This document shows, in pieces, positions 59,238 through 64,000 of a stretch of DNA of 64,000 nt (position 1 is its first letter; each line of letters begins with the position of its first letter). The position numbers were made by a program, and so were the translations under genes. The notes under the pieces were generated by a model that ran no database searches, was not told the DNA's origin, and was given only the letters and a program-made list of their open reading frames with translations. The stretch lies in the IMG/VR virus record IMGVR_UViG_3300020048_000030; one strand, given 5' to 3'. Source of the stretch: an uncultured virus (IMG/VR IMGVR_UViG_3300020048_000030) (lineage: Duplodnaviria; Heunggongvirae; Uroviricota; Caudoviricetes).

Positions 59238-60134
59238 TTATTTTTTCTTTACAAAAGTATAAAGTTTCCATTCAGAAGTATTATCAATCTTTTTGTATTT
59301 TTTCATTTGATTTTCAAAGTTTTGTGTTTTTGATGTATCAGGTAAAGAAATTATTACCTTATAAGAACCCATTAACTTTCTACCATCATAAAATTTAACC
59401 AAACTACCAACTGGTCCTTGTGCACCTAATACTGCAATTCTATCATTACCTACTACTGATTTTAAAAATGATACTTTAATATAACCTTGATTCTTTTTAT
59501 CAAAAAAACTATTACTCCATATATCATTTAAATCTAAAATAGTATCTGTATTCTTTATTTCTATTGAAGTTATACCACCTTTTGCCACTTGTGTTTCTTC
59601 TTCATCTTCAATCAATCCTTGTTGAACTAATTTAAATTGATTTCTTCTGATTACATTAAAATCAGCTGCAGCATAAGTAACTTCCGTCATAACCCTATCA
59701 TTTCTCTTATAACCTTTGGGTGGAAGTCTAAAAAAATCACCAGTAAATGTCATAGATAACATATTAACTGCTTTAAATAATCTCCAAACTTTTTTAGCAT
59801 TTCTTTTTAAATTAACAGACCAACCATCAAGATGCCAACCTCTAATAAGGACATTACCAGTATTTTTATTTTGACCAATAACCATTGGACATATAACTCT
59901 TTCTCTACCACCTTTCCATTCATCTTTATCACCTCTATAATTAATAAGGATAACCATACCAAATTGAATTGCTCTAATCATTTTAGCTTTATCAAATTTA
60001 ACTGCTTGATTAACTGGAAAATCTTTTATTAATTCAGGATTAATTTTATTTTCATTTAATTTACTCCAATTAACTTTAGGTGACATATATATGTCTTGGT
60101 TATTATAATATAATTTACGACTTGTTATATCCAT
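59238..60134 (-). CDS. WYL-like domain protein
   Basis: INYRG...RERVICPMVIG...LIRGWH...WRLFK. Confidence 0.6.
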   Translation of the reverse strand: MDITSRKLYYNNQDIYMSPKVNWSKLNENKINPELIKDFPVNQAVKFDKAKMIRAIQFGMVILINYRGDKDEWKGGRERVICPMVIGQNKNTGNVLIRGWHLDGWSVNLKRNAKKVWRLFKAVNMLSMTFTGDFFRLPPKGYKRNDRVMTEVTYAAADFNVIRRNQFKLVQQGLIEDEEETQVAKGGITSIEIKNTDTILDLNDIWSNSFFDKKNQGYIKVSFLKSVVGNDRIAVLGAQGPVGSLVKFYDGRKLMGSYKVIISLPDTSKTQNFENQMKKYKKIDNTSEWKLYTFVKKK

Positions 60135-60191
60135 TTTACATTTTTTTAATTTATATTCTTTTATATATATAAAAAATATAACTTCAAAAGA

Positions 60192-61778
60192 ATGATAACT
60201 AATTATAATAAATTTATTTTAAATGAAAAAAATATAAACATAGAATTATTAAGTAGGTCATATGAAAATTGGTGGAATGTATTTCTAAAAAAATTAAATA
60301 ATAATGAATCATTTGAACTAGTAAATGGTGATATTGTTTATATTAAAAATTATAGTGAAATTATATCTAAAATATTAAATGATAAATTAAATGGTGTAGA
60401 TATTCAAAGAGCTTATGATTTTTTTACTAAAAAAGATGGTAAAAAAGGTAATAGATATAATAAACAAGCTATTGAATTAACAAACGGTAGATTTATTGGT
60501 TTAAATGATATTAAAAGAACTACTGAATTTGGTTCATCACCCGGTTCATCCACTGGTTTAGTACAAACTAGAATAAATGAAACAATACAAACAATATTTT
60601 TTTCATTAAGATATAATAAAAAAAATACATTAACAGAAGATGATGTTAATAATTTTATAGAAAAAATGCCAGATAAAAATTTAGATGATATATGTGAAGA
60701 TTTATTGAATGTTTATATAAATATAGATACAAAAGCAATTATTAAAAAAAGTGACTTATCACCAGAAAAAGGATGGATGACAACACATTTAGATTTAGCT
60801 AATGCATTATTTGATATTCTTGATTTTGAAGAAAAAAGTAATTTAAAATATGTTTTTTATCAAGCATTTGCAGAAAAAGAGTTATTAAATGTTATACATA
60901 ATAAATTTTATGAATTAATTCATAACATACCAGATTTAAATATAAATATAAATTTTGCAAAATGGAATCCTGCAGATGTATTTGTTGTAAATTCAAAAGA
61001 AGAAAATAAAATGATTGAAAATATACGTAAATGTACTGATTTTGTAACATTCAATTCACAAATGGATATTTATTTTAATGAAAGATGGTTAATTGGTATT
61101 TCACTTAAAAAAATTACAAGAGAAAATAATTTAAAATTTATAATTAATAAAGATGAAGAATCTTATTTTTATTATGATTATTCAAATGCATCAATAAATC
61201 CACTTGCATCTATGTCAGTAAACATACACGTAAATACTACATCAACAATTCATACAAATACAAAACAAATAATGACTGCAAGAATTTATACAGATAAAGA
61301 AGAATCTGATATATTATTAGAAATACAAGGGGTTAAATCTAAAGGTGGTAAGGCAAGTTTGAATTATTTAAATAAAGTTTTAACTGATATAGATGTAACA
61401 CCTATACCTACATATAAAGAAATATTTTTGACAAATGATGAATTAATAAACGAAATTGAAAAATATTATTCTATATTAGATAAAAATAAATTAACCAAAA
61501 CAAGAGGTAGTAATCATGATATATCAAAAACAAGAAGTAAATTAATAAGTAAATATCAATCATTAATGATAGTTGATATATTAGAAACAAATAAAAATAA
61601 ACCTATAAGAAATACAGTTTTAGATAAATTCTTTTATTCATTTACTAAAATGAGTAAAAGTGATTATATAGTTAAGTCATTATTCTATTATGCATATGCA
61701 ATGGGAAATGAAATATTCCAAAATTGTAAATATTATAGAATAAGTAATAGTGAAGAATATAAAAAACCCATAATTTAA
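60192..61778 (+). CDS. restriction-endonuclease-fold (PD-(D/E)xK-like) protein with capsid-targeting-like N-terminus
   Basis: MITNYNKFILNE; TRINE, KWNPADV, LIGISLKK. Confidence 0.55.
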   Translation: MITNYNKFILNEKNINIELLSRSYENWWNVFLKKLNNNESFELVNGDIVYIKNYSEIISKILNDKLNGVDIQRAYDFFTKKDGKKGNRYNKQAIELTNGRFIGLNDIKRTTEFGSSPGSSTGLVQTRINETIQTIFFSLRYNKKNTLTEDDVNNFIEKMPDKNLDDICEDLLNVYINIDTKAIIKKSDLSPEKGWMTTHLDLANALFDILDFEEKSNLKYVFYQAFAEKELLNVIHNKFYELIHNIPDLNININFAKWNPADVFVVNSKEENKMIENIRKCTDFVTFNSQMDIYFNERWLIGISLKKITRENNLKFIINKDEESYFYYDYSNASINPLASMSVNIHVNTTSTIHTNTKQIMTARIYTDKEESDILLEIQGVKSKGGKASLNYLNKVLTDIDVTPIPTYKEIFLTNDELINEIEKYYSILDKNKLTKTRGSNHDISKTRSKLISKYQSLMIVDILETNKNKPIRNTVLDKFFYSFTKMSKSDYIVKSLFYYAYAMGNEIFQNCKYYRISNSEEYKKPII

Positions 61779-62002
61779 TTATGGGTTTTTTTAGTCAATA
61801 TATTTAATTTTTTACTCCTTACAAATTCTTGATATTCATCTATTGTAATATCAACACTTTTATTCCCAGAATAATCATCTAATTCTTTACTTACACCTGA
61901 TATTATTATTTCGTCATATATTTTATAATGTGTAAGAACATCAAAGTTATAATCACATAAATAATTTATACATTCAAGTAATATATCTTTATTTATTTCC
62001 AT
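61775..62002 (-). CDS. hypothetical protein with RxxKL tail
   Basis: Ends VRSKKLNIL. Confidence 0.6.
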   Translation of the reverse strand: MEINKDILLECINYLCDYNFDVLTHYKIYDEIIISGVSKELDDYSGNKSVDITIDEYQEFVRSKKLNILTKKTHN

Positions 62003-64000
62003 TTTCTATAAATAAATTTGTAAATATGGCTTCAAGTACATTAACTACAATTGAATTACCAGCTTGTTTCACTAATGTACTTTCATCAAATACTTTTAAA
62101 ACATTATCAACATCTTGATCAGTAAAACCCATTAATTTATAACATTCTCTACCATTTAAAAATCTTATTTTACCATCATCCATATAAATCTTACCGGCAA
62201 TTCCGGTTGTTAATGTTGGACTTACCCCATCTATACTATAAATTCTACCAAGTGTTTCAAATTTATATTTTCCTATTAAATCAAATTTCTTTATATTATT
62301 TCTTGATGTACGAAATACTACTGGTTCGGGTAAAAATCCAATAAAATCTAACCATCTTTCATCATTTAAATCAAGGATATCTCTTAATGTTTTAGTTGTG
62401 AAATTTACTTCTTTAGGTACATTATAATGACCCAATAAGGTTGAAACCATATAAACCCTATCTCTTGATTGAGGTACATCAAAATAGGTTGATTTTAATT
62501 TAAAATCATAATTAGTATAACCTAAATCAGTTAACATTTTTTTCCAATCATCAAATCCATCTTTATTTTGTTCAGAATAAATACCTGGAACATTCTCCAT
62601 AAGTAAATAATTTGGTAATTTATCCAATCCTTTAAGTTCAGTTAAAATTCTTCCTACTTGCCAAAGTAAAGAACTTCTTTCACCTGCATATAAACCCTTC
62701 TTTTTTCCTTGTATCGAGAGATCTTGACAATTATGTGCAATACAACCATTTGCAGTAAATGTATGATCAGTTTCAACTTCTATATCATAAACAGTTTCAT
62801 TTCTATGTGTATTTAATACTTTAGTTACTGGAAACCAAACATAACCATTTTCATAAAATGACTTTCTATTTGATGCAGTTGAAAAATTATAAACTAATGT
62901 ATAATTTGTTTTTTGATTAATACTTCTACCTTCAATAATATGTTTTTTTCTTTTTGGTTCATCTTTATATATTGAATATGGTAATTTATATACTTTAGAT
63001 ACACATTGAGCAACACCATAAATTAATTCCCTACTAACACTAGAAATTCTATGTTTAGTTAATTTTGTTGAACCATCTGCTGAATGATATCCAATTATAA
63101 ATTGTTCTAATAAATCTATTGGTAAATCTATTATTGTATTTGTTAATTTTTTACCATATGCATATTTACCAAACTGTGTTACAAATAATTCTATTTCTTT
63201 TTTTGGAATATGTATTTTATAAATTGTTTTTTCTTTAACTATATTATATGAAAAATTAATATTTTTTAATTTTTCAGTTATTTCATTCAATTCATTTTCA
63301 TCATTACCTTCACAACAAATAATAATTCCACCATTTGATCTAACCCAACCATCACCAATATATCTACCTATAACCCACCAAAAATCTTTATTATCCATTA
63401 ATATAGATAATTCATTTTTATGTCGATCTTTTCTTCCATCAGACCATTCAAAATCAATACCATCCCATTTAGGTATTATACTATTATTATTTATTGCAAC
63501 ACCTAAATAATCATTTTTAGTCAATTCATTACATTCTTTCCATTGTGGTTCAGTAAATGACCTTCTTTTGTGACTTTTAATAATTTTAGTTCTTGTTAAA
63601 AATTTATGATTTTCTGTTGTTTCTATTTTATCAATACCACTACCTACAATTTCCCATATTTCTTTTATTCCTTGATTATATGTATTTAAAACTTTTTTAT
63701 AAGTATTAGTATGTGTTAATACAACATCATCAACTTTTATATCATTTATTTTCTTATAACCAACATCAGTTAATACTAATGTATTTTCAGTAAAACAAGG
63801 AAAAGAATATGTTAATAGGTTATGTGATGGTATATTTTCACCTTTTAAATCAATTACACTACCAAGATTTTTAGTATTAATATGAGCATCATATAATAAT
63901 CTTAATTTTTTTAAAGATAATTTATTTAATTCACATTTTGTTTTAGTATTATTACTAAATGTAAAATCTTTTAATTTTTCAATAATTTCTTCTTTTGTTA
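61989..64000 (-). CDS. dcm: DNA (cytosine-5)-methyltransferase containing an intein; 5'-truncated by the window edge
   Basis: Frame is open to the window end; YSFP|intein|CQDLS (motif IV), MENV (VI), PQSRDRVY (VIII), RECYKLMGF (IX), QAGNSI (X). Confidence 0.92.
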   Translation of the reverse strand, partial: TKEEIIEKLKDFTFSNNTKTKCELNKLSLKKLRLLYDAHINTKNLGSVIDLKGENIPSHNLLTYSFPCFTENTLVLTDVGYKKINDIKVDDVVLTHTNTYKKVLNTYNQGIKEIWEIVGSGIDKIETTENHKFLTRTKIIKSHKRRSFTEPQWKECNELTKNDYLGVAINNNSIIPKWDGIDFEWSDGRKDRHKNELSILMDNKDFWWVIGRYIGDGWVRSNGGIIICCEGNDENELNEITEKLKNINFSYNIVKEKTIYKIHIPKKEIELFVTQFGKYAYGKKLTNTIIDLPIDLLEQFIIGYHSADGSTKLTKHRISSVSRELIYGVAQCVSKVYKLPYSIYKDEPKRKKHIIEGRSINQKTNYTLVYNFSTASNRKSFYENGYVWFPVTKVLNTHRNETVYDIEVETDHTFTANGCIAHNCQDLSIQGKKKGLYAGERSSLLWQVGRILTELKGLDKLPNYLLMENVPGIYSEQNKDGFDDWKKMLTDLGYTNYDFKLKSTYFDVPQSRDRVYMVSTLLGHYNVPKEVNFTTKTLRDILDLNDERWLDFIGFLPEPVVFRTSRNNIKKFDLIGKYKFETLGRIYSIDGVSPTLTTGIAGKIYMDDGKIRFLNGRECYKLMGFTDQDVDNVLKVFDESTLVKQAGNSIVVNVLEAIFTNLFIENGNK
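62730..63797 (-). mobile_element. intein (356 aa) with LAGLIDADG endonuclease
   Basis: Begins CFTENTLVLT, ends VYDIEVETDHTFTANGCIAHN before +1 Cys; GRYIGDG and GYHSADG motifs. Confidence 0.93.

Noticed and set aside
593..60032. Short antisense or nested ORFs (593, 2685, 11144, 13230, 19511, 27289, 28680, 36142, 36267, 38884, 48434, 49310, 52856, 53627, 54397, 59832)
   Set aside because: They lie within better-supported genes and have shadow-frame composition with no motifs
1..64000. Stop-codon reassignment (TAG/TGA), as in some large Bacteroidota phages
   Set aside because: Conserved genes are intact in the standard code, and TAG and TGA both end genes at sensible, tightly packed boundaries
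1..64000. CRISPR array or cas genes
   Set aside because: No regularly spaced direct repeats with unique spacers seen; the only RuvC protein is TnpB-like

Overview
This is a very AT-rich, gene-dense segment of a large T4-related (jumbo-type) phage genome with four short scaffold N-gaps. Phage hallmarks include a gp13-like neck protein, a gp46/SbcC-like ATPase, the N-terminal half of a split family-B DNA polymerase, an NAD-dependent ligase and a tape-measure-like protein. A Bacteroidota host is inferred from TAnnTTTG promoters, mostly SD-less leaders, a Flavobacteriia-type bS21 and a signal peptide followed by Gln. Host-type or auxiliary genes include bS21, SmpB, a PTH2-like protein, DeoC, a Dps/ferritin-like protein, KptA/Tpt1, macro, NADAR, Nudix and a nucleotidyltransferase. 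Selfish elements are abundant: a solo TnpB, a LAGLIDADG gene, an intein in a C5 methyltransferase, and six zinc-repeat/PD-(D/E)xK endonucleases, some paired with small RHH genes. Structure not explained by annotation: (1) two terminal 'address tags' shared by unrelated proteins, an N-terminal T4 capsid-targeting-like K-x-[FY]-x-x-F-x-x-E tag and a C-terminal R-x-x-K-[LI]-x-x-[IL] tag; (2) a polyprotein of cargo modules separated by a repeated P-x-YKPKKFNR-(S/T)-x-(N)E linker; (3) four paralogs of an uncharacterised SCM/GRALxW/FMDRIY family; (4) adjacent degenerate mini-PolB and mini-gp32 genes; (5) two tandem non-canonical tRNA-Gly-like elements abutting an endonuclease start codon; (6) a bS21 gene carrying a Shine-Dalgarno sequence. 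All calls come from motif recognition by eye; no database searches were run.
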